NCBI GenBank assembly: GCA_035285125.1
Contig: JAYKHR010000048.1
Coordinates: 64,001 to 128,000 of the forward strand
Source: Candidatus Sericytochromatia bacterium
Lineage (GTDB): Bacteria > Cyanobacteriota > Sericytochromatia > S15B-MN24 > JAQBPE01
Reading direction: 5' to 3'
DNA: 64,000 bases
Shown here: piece after piece, positions 36,840 to 47,671 of the stretch
Position numbering within the stretch: position 1 is the first letter of the stretch
How the letters are laid out: every line of letters begins with the position of its first letter
Notes under the pieces: model-generated
Database searches by the model: none
Seen by the model: the letters and a program-made list of their open reading frames with translations, nothing else
Told to the model about the DNA's origin: nothing
Program-made: the position numbers and the translations under genes

Positions 36840-38012
36840 GTGCGGGTGCTGATGTTCTGCGGCAAGGGCGGGTGCGGCAAGAGCACCCTCGCGGCCGCGG
36901 CTGCGCTGAGGGCAGCCCAGGAAGGCGCCCGGACCCTCCTGCTGTCGGTGGACCCGGCCCACAGCCTTGGCACCATCCTCGGCCGGCCCGTCGGGGCGTC
37001 GCCCACGGCGGTGGCCGAGCGGCTGTGGGCCGCCGAGCTGGCGCCAGCGGAGGCCGTCACGGGCCCTTGGCGCGAGGGGCTCGCCTACGTCGAGCAGGTG
37101 CTGAGCAGCCAGCTGGCGGTGCCCCCCGCTGGGGCCGAGCTCGCCCTGCTCCCCGGGGTGGCGGAGGCCGCCACCCTCGTCACCATCGAGCAACACCTGC
37201 GCTCGGGCCAGTTCGACGCGGTGGTGCTGGACCACGCGCCGACGTCCTTCGCGGTGCGCCTGCTGGCCCTGCCCCAGCTGGGGGGCGGCTACGGGCGCAA
37301 GGCCCGCACGCTGTACGAACGCCACGGTGCGCAGCTGCAGCTGGGCCTCACCATGCTGGGCGCCAGCGTGCCGCCCCCACCGCCCGGCCTGCCCGAGCGG
37401 GCCCTCGGCCTGCTGGAGGGGCTCGAGGCCCTCGCGGGGATGCTCACTGATCCCGCCACCACCTCCGTGCGACTGGTCGTCCCGCCGGAGGCGCCCGGGC
37501 TGGCCGAGTCACGGTACCTCTACACCTGGCTGAGCCTCTATGGCCTGACGGTCGATGAGGTGCTCGTCAACCCCCTCTGGCCGGCCACCGTTGCAGACCC
37601 GCTGGTGGCCCTCTGGCGGCAGCGGGAGGCGCAGGTGGTCGACGAGGTGCGCCAGGCCTTCGCCCCGCTCACCATCACGTCCGTCACGCGCCAGGTCGAA
37701 GCCCTGACGGGGCTGGAGGCCCTGCTCGAGTTCGCCGCGGCGCTCTGGCCGGCGCGCGGCGTGCTCCCCCGGCGGGGCACGCACGCCGCGTGCGAGGTGA
37801 CGCGCGACGGCGGCAGCCTGCAGGTGCAGGTGCGGCTGCCCTTCGTCCCGCGCGAGGCCGTCGATCTGGCCAAACATGGGGACGAGCTGTACATTACGGT
37901 CTGGGGACATCAGCGCATCGTGCGGCTCCCCGGCGACGCAGCCGCCATGCAGCCCACGCGGGCGCGCTTCGAGGATGGCAGCCTGATCGTGACCCTGGCG
38001 CCCCCCGCCTGA
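36840..38012 (+). CDS. ArsA/GET3 family ATPase with C-terminal HSP20-like domain
   Basis: GKGGCGKST, SVDPAHSL, LPFV..E.VDL.K.GDEL.I...R...LP. Confidence 0.9.
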   Translation: MRVLMFCGKGGCGKSTLAAAAALRAAQEGARTLLLSVDPAHSLGTILGRPVGASPTAVAERLWAAELAPAEAVTGPWREGLAYVEQVLSSQLAVPPAGAELALLPGVAEAATLVTIEQHLRSGQFDAVVLDHAPTSFAVRLLALPQLGGGYGRKARTLYERHGAQLQLGLTMLGASVPPPPPGLPERALGLLEGLEALAGMLTDPATTSVRLVVPPEAPGLAESRYLYTWLSLYGLTVDEVLVNPLWPATVADPLVALWRQREAQVVDEVRQAFAPLTITSVTRQVEALTGLEALLEFAAALWPARGVLPRRGTHAACEVTRDGGSLQVQVRLPFVPREAVDLAKHGDELYITVWGHQRIVRLPGDAAAMQPTRARFEDGSLIVTLAPPA

Positions 38013-38036
38013 CCCTGCCCTTTTGCCACCTGCCCC

Positions 38037-38648
38037 ATGATTCGCGCCATCACCGTCGGCCCCTTCCAGGAAAACTGCTACCTGATCGTCCGCGACGGCG
38101 AGTGCGCGATCGTGGACCCTGGCGACGAGGCTGACCGGATCGCGGCGGAAATCGAGGCGACGGGCGCCGTGCCCCGGCTGATCCTGCTGACGCACGCCCA
38201 CCTCGACCACGTCGGGGCCGTCGATGCGCTGAAGGCCAGGTGGAACCTGCCGCTTTACGCCCCGCGCGAGGAGCTCGCGCTGCTCGCAGAGCTGCCGCTC
38301 CAGTGCGCCATGTTCGGGCTTCCCCCGATCCCGCCGCCCCACGTCGATCACATCGTCGAGCCCGGAACCGACCTTCCGCTGGGGCGTGGTACGATCGAGG
38401 TCATCTCCACGCCCGGGCACTCGCCTGGCGGGACGTCCTACCGAATCGGCGACGACCTGTTCGTCGGTGACACCATCTTCGCGGGAGGCGTCGGCCGGAC
38501 GGACCTGTGGGGAGGCTCGTGGGCCACCCTGAAGGCCTCGATCGAGGACCGGATTTTCACCCTTCCGGATGCCGTCACGCTGTACCCGGGGCATGGGCCC
38601 ACCACCACCGTCGGCGCGGAACGCCGCACCAACCCATTCTTCAATTAA
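38037..38648 (+). CDS. MBL-fold metallo-hydrolase (YcbL/glyoxalase II-like)
   Basis: THAHLDH, TPGHSPG, GDTIF.GGVGRTD, PGHG. Confidence 0.93.
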   Translation: MIRAITVGPFQENCYLIVRDGECAIVDPGDEADRIAAEIEATGAVPRLILLTHAHLDHVGAVDALKARWNLPLYAPREELALLAELPLQCAMFGLPPIPPPHVDHIVEPGTDLPLGRGTIEVISTPGHSPGGTSYRIGDDLFVGDTIFAGGVGRTDLWGGSWATLKASIEDRIFTLPDAVTLYPGHGPTTTVGAERRTNPFFN

Positions 38649-38691
38649 GCTGACATCGCACCCGCACCCCCGTCAAAGAGGACATGGCCCG

Positions 38692-40212
<1,521 letters not shown>

Positions 40213-40219
40213 GCGCCGC

Positions 40220-40253
40220 CCACGCCCCCCCGGGACCTCCCGGGGGGGCGTGG
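40220..40253. terminator. Strong GC hairpin after pepA (no U-tract)
   Basis: Perfect 16-bp inverted repeat CCACGCCCCCCCGGGA/TCCCGGGGGGGCGTGG. Confidence 0.6.
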
Positions 40254-40342
40254 CTCATGGGCAGGGACGACACCTGCGCAGGAGCCAACACACCGGGCCG
40301 CACTCCCCATCCGCGTCGGGTATAAGACGGCACACACCCGCG

Positions 40343-43300
40343 ATGAGGATGGACGTGACGGAAGCCTCCCCCGATCTTGGCTCGCGATACCGCCTGCTTA
40401 GCCAACTTGGCACAGGGGGCATGAGCGTCGTCTACCTCGTCGAGGACTGCCAGACGGGCCAGCAGGTGGCCATGAAGGTGATCTCCCAGGCCCTCCGCGA
40501 GGCAGCCGACCAGGCCGAGCACCTGCTCAGGTTCAAGCAGGAATTCCGCACCATGGCCCGCCTTCGGCATCCGAACACCTGTGCCGTGCACGACTACGGG
40601 GTGCTGAAGGACGGCCGGGCCTACCTGACGATGGAGGTGGTGGAGGGCCGGGGGCTCGACGAGTGCCTCCCGATGGCTGCCGAGGCGTTCCTGCCCGTGC
40701 TGCGTCAACTCGGCCATGCGCTGCAGTACATCCACCAGCAGGGCTTCGTACACCTCGACCTCAAGCCCGAGAACATCCGCCTACGCGACGACGGCGTCGT
40801 CAAGCTGATGGACTTCGGCCTGATGGAGGTGACGGGCCAGGCGCTCGATGCGGTGCGAGGCACCCTGCTCTACCTGTCACCAGAGGTCGCCCGCCTCGAC
40901 CGGGTGGATGCGCGCTCCGACCTATACGCGCTCGGGGCCCTCGCCTACCACGTGCTGGCCGGCCAGCCGCCCTTCACGTGCGCCTCACCCCTGGAGTACC
41001 TGCGGGCCCATCTCTCTGCGGTGCCGCAGCCCTTGCGCGAGCTTGCCCCCGCCGTGCCGCCCGAGGTCGCCCACGTCGTGGAGCGCCTGCTGGCCAAGGA
41101 AGCGGCCGCCAGATACCCCAGTGCCGAGGGCGCGCTGGGTGCCCTCGGCCTGGGGGCGGACGAGGGCGCCCAGGCGACGCTGCTGGAGAGCTCCTTCGTG
41201 GGGCGCCGCGACGAGGTGCAGCGCCTGGGCGAGGCCCTGAGCGCCCTGCAATTGGGCGAGCCTCGGCACGTGACGATCGCGGGCCCGGCGGGCATCGGCA
41301 AGTCGCGCCTGCTGGGCGAGTTCCGCGTGCAGGCGTTGCTCGAGGACCGCCCGTGGCTATACGGCCGGGCCACCGAGGTCGGGGCGCCTTATGGCCCGTT
41401 CATCGAGATGCTGAGGGGGCTCCTGCCGCTCGCCCACGCGCGCTGCCCCGAGCTGCTCCGCCTGCACGCCGCCGTGCTCGGCACCCTGCTCCCGGAGCTG
41501 CCGGTGGGCGAAGAGGCCGTGCCCATCGAGCCAGAGCCGATGGCTGCCCGCACCCAGCTACAGCTGGCCGTCGTGGCCGTGCTGACGGCCATCTCCGCCG
41601 ATGGCGGGGCCGTGCTCGTCCTCGACGAGGCGGAACACCTCGACCCGCTTTCAGCCGGCCTGCTCGACCTGCTGCGGCGGCAGGTGCCCCGGGTGCCCTT
41701 GCTCATCGTCGTCGCGCAGCGCGAAGCCGGGTCTGGCTGGGACGACGAGCTCGCCTTGGGACCGCTGACGGAGCGTGAAACCGGGGCACTCGCAGGCAGC
41801 GTGTTGGGTCTTGAAACCTCCCCGCCGCAGTTCACGTCGGCCCTCCACGAGGCCGCGCGGGGTCAACCCGGTGTCGTCGTGGCGGTGCTCCAGCACCTCC
41901 TGCGCCAGGGAACCCTGACGCGCAGCCACGGCGAGTGGACCCTGCCAGACAGCCTGCAAGGCGGCCAGCTGCCCCGGGACGCCACCGACATGCTGCTCGC
42001 GGTGGTTCGCACGGCCTCGGAGGAGGCCCGAAGGTTGGTCGAGTTTGCCGCCATCTTTGGCGAGCCGTTCACCTTGCAGGACGCGCGCGCCCTGAGCTCC
42101 CTGTCGGAGGACGACCTGTTCGATGCCCTCGACGAGGCCATTCGCGCCCAGATCATCGAACACCGCCTGGCCGGTTACGTGCTGACGTCCAGCGCCTTGA
42201 GGCTGGCCGTCTACGAGCACGTTGCCCCCGAGGAGCGAACGCAGGCCCACCGGGCGGCGGCCAGGCACCTCGAGCAGGTGCATGCCCCTGCGGCCGTCCG
42301 CGTGCCCGCGGACGGCCTGGACGCCCAAACCGTGGGTCCCCTGCCGCTGGCCCAGCTGACGGCCATCGCCAGCCACTCCCTCAGGGCAGACACCCCCGCA
42401 CGGGCCCTCCGATGGGCCCACATCGCGGCCGAACGCAACCTCGAAGTGTTGGCGCTGAGCGCGGCTGCCGGGCTCTTGACCCGCGGCCTCGAGCTGGTGG
42501 ATGGTCAGGCTGAGGCGGTCCCCGCCGACCTGCGCTTCGACCTGCACAACGCCCTGGCGACGTGCCTTCACTGGCAGCACCAGCTCGACCTCGCCCGGCA
42601 CCACGTGGACCACGCCGAGGCGCTGCTGGAGGACATCAGCGACAGGGCCCGGCAGCTCGAGTGGCTGGTGACGGCGGGCAAGCACTTCTCCCTGCGCAGC
42701 GACCACGTCAAGGCTGCCGAACTCCAGAGCCAGGCCATCGCCCTGGCGCAGCAGCTGGGTAGCGCCCGCACGGGAGTTCGCGCGCGGATCAACCTGGGCA
42801 GGGCCCTCTACTTTCAGGACAGGCGCGCCGAGGCCCGCGAGGTGTTCGAGATGGCCGTCCAGGAGGCCCAGCAGCAAGGCCTGCCCTCGTGGCGAGCCAG
42901 TGCCCTCTCTCAGGTGGGCTATCTGCGTGCCGTCACGGAGGCCGACGGGCGCGAACGCGGCGTGCGGGAACTCTCGGAGGCCGTGGCCGTACAGGAGGCC
43001 ATTGGCGACAAGAGCGGCCTGGTCTTCAGCTCGAACCTGCTCTTCGAGCTTCAGATCCTGCACGGGGCCCTGCAAGACGCCCAGACCAGCGCCCAGCGCT
43101 GCGTGACCCTCTCCGGAGAGCTCGGCAGCATCGACGACCATGTCGTCGCCCACCTGAACGCCGCCATCGTCGCCTTCGAGCTCGGGGACCTCACCCAGCT
43201 GTCGCAAAGCGCTGCGGAAGCGCTGCGGCTGGCAGAGCGCCACCACCACTCCGTGGTCGAGCCCCTGGCAGCTTGTCTCCTGGCCCTGCTCGAGGTGCTG

Positions 43301-45229
43301 GAGGGTCACGTGGAGCGGGGCCTGGAACGGGCGCGGCAAATCGCGGCCGGAATCCCGAGGTCCAGCCACTACGTTCGCACCCTCGTCGGGGTCTACCGCC
43401 TCGAGGCCCTGGTGTGGGCCCGCCAGGTCGCCGAGGCCGAGGCCTGCGTCACGGAGCTCGAGGGCCTGCTTTCAGGGACCGACCGCAACGAGAACCACGT
43501 CCGCTTCAACCTCCTGCGCGCCGAGCTGGCCGCCGCCACCGGACGCCTGGAGGACGCAGCGGGCCTGCGCGCGGAAGCAAGCCGCGAGGCCGAGGCGATG
43601 GGGGCCCGGGGCCTTTCCACGCGTGCCGCCACCCTGGAGGCTGCCCTGGCTTACCGCCAGGGAGACCTCCGGCGCGCGCTGGATCTCGGCGAGAGGGCCC
43701 TGGAGGCGGCAAGGCGCCTCGGCGGCGTCTGGTACGAAGCCCTGGCGCTCGTCACGCTGTCGGAGCTTCACCGCGTAGACCTCCGCCCCAGCGCCGTGGC
43801 CCTCAGCCGGCGGCTGCTGGAGCTCGCCCTGGCCCGCAGGCTGCCGTGGCTCGAGGCCGTCGCCCACTTCGAGCTCTCACTCGCCCAGGCGGGCACCGGC
43901 GACGCCGAGGAGGCGCTCAGCCGGGCCCAGCGCACGGTACACGAGCTCGCGGCGGCCATGGCGCCAGAGGCCGCCGCCGCCTTCCTCGCCATGCCGGAGG
44001 CCCGCCGCATCGTGGCCCACGCCCCCGCGGAGGGGCGGGGTTCGGAGAGGCTCACGCGGGAACGCACCTTCGAGCGGCTGCAACTCGTGAACCGCGAGCT
44101 GCAGCTGATCGCCGCCCAGTATGACCAGCTCTTCCGCGACTGGAGCACCCAGAGCACCCAGCTCGAGCAGCTGAACGAGTTCGCGCGGTCCGTGAACCAC
44201 TCCCTGCAGCTCGAGGCCGTGCTCGACCAGGCCGTACTCCTCACGCTCCAGCTCACCAGCGCGGAGCGTGGCTTCCTGTACCTGCTCGACCCGGAGCCCG
44301 AGAGCGCCCCGCGCCTGGCTGCCGCCTGGGATGGCAAGGGCCAGGCCATTCCGGAGGCACGGGCCTCGATGTCGGTGCTGCGTCAGGCGCTCCAGTCTGG
44401 CGACATCGTCTCCATCACGGACGTCGGCGCCAACGAGGAGATGCAGGCCCAACAGTCCATCGCCGCGCTCAACCTGCGCAGCGTGATGTGCGTGCCCTTG
44501 CGGTCGCGGCAGGACGTGCTAGGGGCCCTCTACGTCGACAGCCAGGCGACCCTCAACCCGTTCTCGGCCGCCGAACTCGAGCTGCTGGTGGCGGTTGCGG
44601 GACACACGGCCGTCTCGATCCGCAACGCCATGCTGTACCAGAGCCAGGCGCGCCGGGCCGCGGAGCTGGAGCGGCTGCTCGAGCAGTACCGCCGGGCCGA
44701 CTTCGAGGCCAGCACGGACGAGCTCACGGGCCTCCGAAACCGCCGCTTCTTCGAGGATCAGGCTGGCCGGGAGGTGGAGATCTCCCGGCGCTACGGCCGC
44801 CCCATGAGCCTGGTGCTGCTGGATGTCGACCACTTCAAGTGGTTCAACGATGCGCACGGCCACGCCGTGGGTGACGAGGTGCTGCGCGCCATCGGCCGCA
44901 CGCTGGCTGCCACCGTGCGCTCGGTGGACCTGCCCGCACGCTACGGGGGCGAGGAGCTGGTGGTTCTCTGCCCGGACACCGACGCCGCCGGGGCAGCTGG
45001 CCTGGCCGAGCGCATCCGCAAGGCCGTGGCAGAGATTCACCTCGGGGAAGCCTTCGACCAACCCCTTCCCCACGTGACGTGCTCCCTCGGCGTGGCGGCG
45101 TTCCGGTCCGGCGACGACCAGCTCGGCGACATCCTCGCCCGGGCCGACCAGGGGTTGTATGCAGCCAAAGCCGCCGGCCGGAACCGGGTCTTGAGTTGGA
45201 GCCCGGAGCTCCAGCAGAGCCATGCCTGA
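40343..45229 (+). CDS. Ser/Thr kinase, AAA ATPase, TPR-like helices, GAF and GGDEF diguanylate cyclase
   Basis: LGTGGMSVVY, HLDLKPEN, DFG; FVGR..GPAGIGKS; SAERGF..RSVMCVPL..GALYVD; DELTGL.NRR, DVDHFK.FND.HGH, RYGGEEL. Confidence 0.93.
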   Translation: MRMDVTEASPDLGSRYRLLSQLGTGGMSVVYLVEDCQTGQQVAMKVISQALREAADQAEHLLRFKQEFRTMARLRHPNTCAVHDYGVLKDGRAYLTMEVVEGRGLDECLPMAAEAFLPVLRQLGHALQYIHQQGFVHLDLKPENIRLRDDGVVKLMDFGLMEVTGQALDAVRGTLLYLSPEVARLDRVDARSDLYALGALAYHVLAGQPPFTCASPLEYLRAHLSAVPQPLRELAPAVPPEVAHVVERLLAKEAAARYPSAEGALGALGLGADEGAQATLLESSFVGRRDEVQRLGEALSALQLGEPRHVTIAGPAGIGKSRLLGEFRVQALLEDRPWLYGRATEVGAPYGPFIEMLRGLLPLAHARCPELLRLHAAVLGTLLPELPVGEEAVPIEPEPMAARTQLQLAVVAVLTAISADGGAVLVLDEAEHLDPLSAGLLDLLRRQVPRVPLLIVVAQREAGSGWDDELALGPLTERETGALAGSVLGLETSPPQFTSALHEAARGQPGVVVAVLQHLLRQGTLTRSHGEWTLPDSLQGGQLPRDATDMLLAVVRTASEEARRLVEFAAIFGEPFTLQDARALSSLSEDDLFDALDEAIRAQIIEHRLAGYVLTSSALRLAVYEHVAPEERTQAHRAAARHLEQVHAPAAVRVPADGLDAQTVGPLPLAQLTAIASHSLRADTPARALRWAHIAAERNLEVLALSAAAGLLTRGLELVDGQAEAVPADLRFDLHNALATCLHWQHQLDLARHHVDHAEALLEDISDRARQLEWLVTAGKHFSLRSDHVKAAELQSQAIALAQQLGSARTGVRARINLGRALYFQDRRAEAREVFEMAVQEAQQQGLPSWRASALSQVGYLRAVTEADGRERGVRELSEAVAVQEAIGDKSGLVFSSNLLFELQILHGALQDAQTSAQRCVTLSGELGSIDDHVVAHLNAAIVAFELGDLTQLSQSAAEALRLAERHHHSVVEPLAACLLALLEVLEGHVERGLERARQIAAGIPRSSHYVRTLVGVYRLEALVWARQVAEAEACVTELEGLLSGTDRNENHVRFNLLRAELAAATGRLEDAAGLRAEASREAEAMGARGLSTRAATLEAALAYRQGDLRRALDLGERALEAARRLGGVWYEALALVTLSELHRVDLRPSAVALSRRLLELALARRLPWLEAVAHFELSLAQAGTGDAEEALSRAQRTVHELAAAMAPEAAAAFLAMPEARRIVAHAPAEGRGSERLTRERTFERLQLVNRELQLIAAQYDQLFRDWSTQSTQLEQLNEFARSVNHSLQLEAVLDQAVLLTLQLTSAERGFLYLLDPEPESAPRLAAAWDGKGQAIPEARASMSVLRQALQSGDIVSITDVGANEEMQAQQSIAALNLRSVMCVPLRSRQDVLGALYVDSQATLNPFSAAELELLVAVAGHTAVSIRNAMLYQSQARRAAELERLLEQYRRADFEASTDELTGLRNRRFFEDQAGREVEISRRYGRPMSLVLLDVDHFKWFNDAHGHAVGDEVLRAIGRTLAATVRSVDLPARYGGEELVVLCPDTDAAGAAGLAERIRKAVAEIHLGEAFDQPLPHVTCSLGVAAFRSGDDQLGDILARADQGLYAAKAAGRNRVLSWSPELQQSHA

Positions 45230-46316
45230 GGCGGGCGGGCGGGTGAGCAAGCTCGAGAGGCTGCGCCGACCGGACCTGGTCGGGTTGAGGGCACCGACGC
45301 CGATGGCCGAGGATCTGCCCGTGCGGCTCGACGGTCGCCGGACGCCTCTGGATTGGCCGGAGGCGCTCAAGCGTCGTTGTGTGGAAGCCCTGGCCTCGGC
45401 GGCCTGGCACCAGGCCCAAGGCGCCGAGGCGGCGCTGCGCCGCCTCGCCGCCGAACGTGCCGGGCTTCCGCCAAGCTGCGTGGCGCTGTTCGCCCAGGGC
45501 GAGGCCGCGCTTTCAGCCCTCCTGACGACGTGGTGCTGGCAGGGCCGACTGGCCTACCCGATCCCCACCCACCCCGGGTACGCGGTCGCGGCTCAAGTGC
45601 TTGGCATCACGCCCATCGCCGTGCTGTCGCACGCCGACTTCTCGCTCCCCGTCGAGCAACTCGTGGGCGTCGCCAGGCAGCACCAGGTCCAGATGGTGCT
45701 GATCTCGAACCCCTCCGAGCCTAGCGGCACCCTCGTCACGCGGGAGGAGATCCTCACGATCGCCCGGGGCACGGACGCCCTTGTGGTGGTGGATGAACGG
45801 AACCTCGCACTCGGAGAGCTGTCGGTGGCAGACGCGGTGGGCGAGGAGGAGAACCTCGTGGTGCTGCAGGGCCTCGGTCCCAGCCTCCTGGTCGGGGCCT
45901 GGGAGGTGGCCTGGGTCCTGGCCGCCCGCTCGGTGATCGCGGAGCTCGAGAAGCTGCCGGGCACCGCTCGGCTCCCCGTAACGGCCAGCCTTGGCGCCAG
46001 CTGGACGCTGGAGCACCAGGCCGAGCTCACGCCGCCGCCTGCGGAGCTGGCGACGCGCCGCGAGGCCCTGCGCCTGGGCCTCGCTGAACTCGATGGCGTG
46101 GTCACGTGGCCGAGCGTGGCGCACTACATGCTGGTCGGCACCACGCTGCCCGGCCGGGACCTTGCCAGCCTGCTGCGCGACCGCGGGATCGCCGTGCAGG
46201 CCTTCGACCGCTCCCCCCTCAAGACCTGCATCCGCGTGGGCCTCGGCACGCCCGAGGAGAGCACCGCCTTCCTGACGACCATGCGCGGGGTCTTCGGACG
46301 AGCACCCGGTCGATGA
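45222..46316 (+). CDS. HisC-like class I/II aminotransferase fold protein lacking the PLP lysine (probable pseudoenzyme)
   Basis: NPSEPSG, VVVDERN, NLVVLQGLGPS, WPS.AHY, CIRVGLGTPEE. Confidence 0.75.
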   Translation: MPEAGGRVSKLERLRRPDLVGLRAPTPMAEDLPVRLDGRRTPLDWPEALKRRCVEALASAAWHQAQGAEAALRRLAAERAGLPPSCVALFAQGEAALSALLTTWCWQGRLAYPIPTHPGYAVAAQVLGITPIAVLSHADFSLPVEQLVGVARQHQVQMVLISNPSEPSGTLVTREEILTIARGTDALVVVDERNLALGELSVADAVGEEENLVVLQGLGPSLLVGAWEVAWVLAARSVIAELEKLPGTARLPVTASLGASWTLEHQAELTPPPAELATRREALRLGLAELDGVVTWPSVAHYMLVGTTLPGRDLASLLRDRGIAVQAFDRSPLKTCIRVGLGTPEESTAFLTTMRGVFGRAPGR

Positions 46317-46381
46317 CAACCTCCCGGTTTCAAAACCCACCCTGCCAGGCTGGCCCAATGGGCCTTTGAAGGAACACCCTG

Positions 46382-47626
46382 ATGCCCTCCCACGATGACG
46401 CCCTCGCCCCCTCCATTTTCGCGGCTGCCGCCCAGGCCTCCCGTGACGCCCTCGTGGCCCTCACGCGCTGTTTCGTGCAAATCCCCAGCCCCACCACGGA
46501 GGAGGAGGCCCTGGCGGCCGAGGTGCTTGCCACCCTGAAGCGGCTGGGCTACGACGAGGCCTTCACGGACGAACTGGGCAACGTGGTGGGCCGCTTGCGC
46601 GGAGACGGCACGGGCCCCAGCGTGCTCTTCGCCGTGCACCTCGACCACGGAGCCACGGCAGACCGGGAGGGTTGGCGGTTCGACCCGTTTTCGGCTGAGG
46701 TGGCCGACGGCGCCGTGCACGGCTGCGGGGCTGCCGACAACAAGGGGGCCCTCGCGGCCATGCTGCTTGCCGGGGCGCTGGCGCGTCAGGCAGGCGGTCG
46801 CCAGGGCGGGGACTTCATCGTGGCGGGCATCGTCCAGTCGCAGGCCCACGGCAACATTGGCATCCGCTACCTCGTGGACCGCACGTTGCCGGGCCGGGGA
46901 ATACATTACGACCTCGCCGTGTTCGGCAACCCAACGGGCCTGAACGTGCACCTCGGTCAGAGAGGCCGGCTGGCTATGACGCTGACGACGATCGGCCGGG
47001 TCTGCCACGCGGGTGCTCCGTGGCTTGGGAGCAACGCCATCCACGAGATGGTGCCTGTCCTCGGGGCAGTCCAGGAGTTGGCATCGAGCCTGCCCTCGCA
47101 TCCTTTCCTCGACCGATCGACGCTGGCCGTCACCGCGATCGAGAGCGGCCCCGGCGGCACGGCCACCATCCCCGACCGATGCGCCGTGACCCTCGACCGA
47201 CGCTTCCTCCCGAGCGAGGGGGCCGACGCCGTCGTCTGGCAGGTCCAGTCCATCGTGAGTCGCCTCGCCGCGGCGGAACCGGCAATCCGGTCCGAACTGG
47301 AGGTCCGCAAGGCCCACACCCGTTCGTGGACGGGAACCACGCAGGAAGCCGCGTGCCTGATGCATCCCTTCACCACGGAGGCCGACCACGCGCTCGTGCG
47401 CGAGTCCGTGGCGGCCCTGGAGGCCGTCGGGCAGGCACCGCGGCTGGGCCGCTGGCAGTTTCCCACGGACGCGGGCTACGTCGCAGCCGTGAAGAAAGTC
47501 GTGACCATCGGGTACGCGCCAGGAGACGAGCACTTTGCCCAGACGCCGTTCGAGCGCGTGGAGATCGACCGCCTGGTTGCCGCCGCCGCTGGGTATGCAG
47601 CCATCAGCCGGCGCATCTCCGGCTGA
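46382..47626 (+). CDS. M20 family YgeY/ArgE-like protein with degenerate metal ligands
   Basis: DELGNVVG, HLD, GAADNKG, GQRGR, HAGAPW.G.NAI, IPDRC..TLDRR, RWQFPTD. Confidence 0.8.
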   Translation: MPSHDDALAPSIFAAAAQASRDALVALTRCFVQIPSPTTEEEALAAEVLATLKRLGYDEAFTDELGNVVGRLRGDGTGPSVLFAVHLDHGATADREGWRFDPFSAEVADGAVHGCGAADNKGALAAMLLAGALARQAGGRQGGDFIVAGIVQSQAHGNIGIRYLVDRTLPGRGIHYDLAVFGNPTGLNVHLGQRGRLAMTLTTIGRVCHAGAPWLGSNAIHEMVPVLGAVQELASSLPSHPFLDRSTLAVTAIESGPGGTATIPDRCAVTLDRRFLPSEGADAVVWQVQSIVSRLAAAEPAIRSELEVRKAHTRSWTGTTQEAACLMHPFTTEADHALVRESVAALEAVGQAPRLGRWQFPTDAGYVAAVKKVVTIGYAPGDEHFAQTPFERVEIDRLVAAAAGYAAISRRISG

Positions 47627-47671
47627 CGCACGACGTCGCCCCGCCCCCCGCGAGGTCTCCAGGAGCGCCTG

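Noticed and set aside
36840..38012. Arsenic resistance operon
   Set aside because: There is a single ATPase domain with an HSP20-like tail and no arsR, arsB, arsC or arsD.
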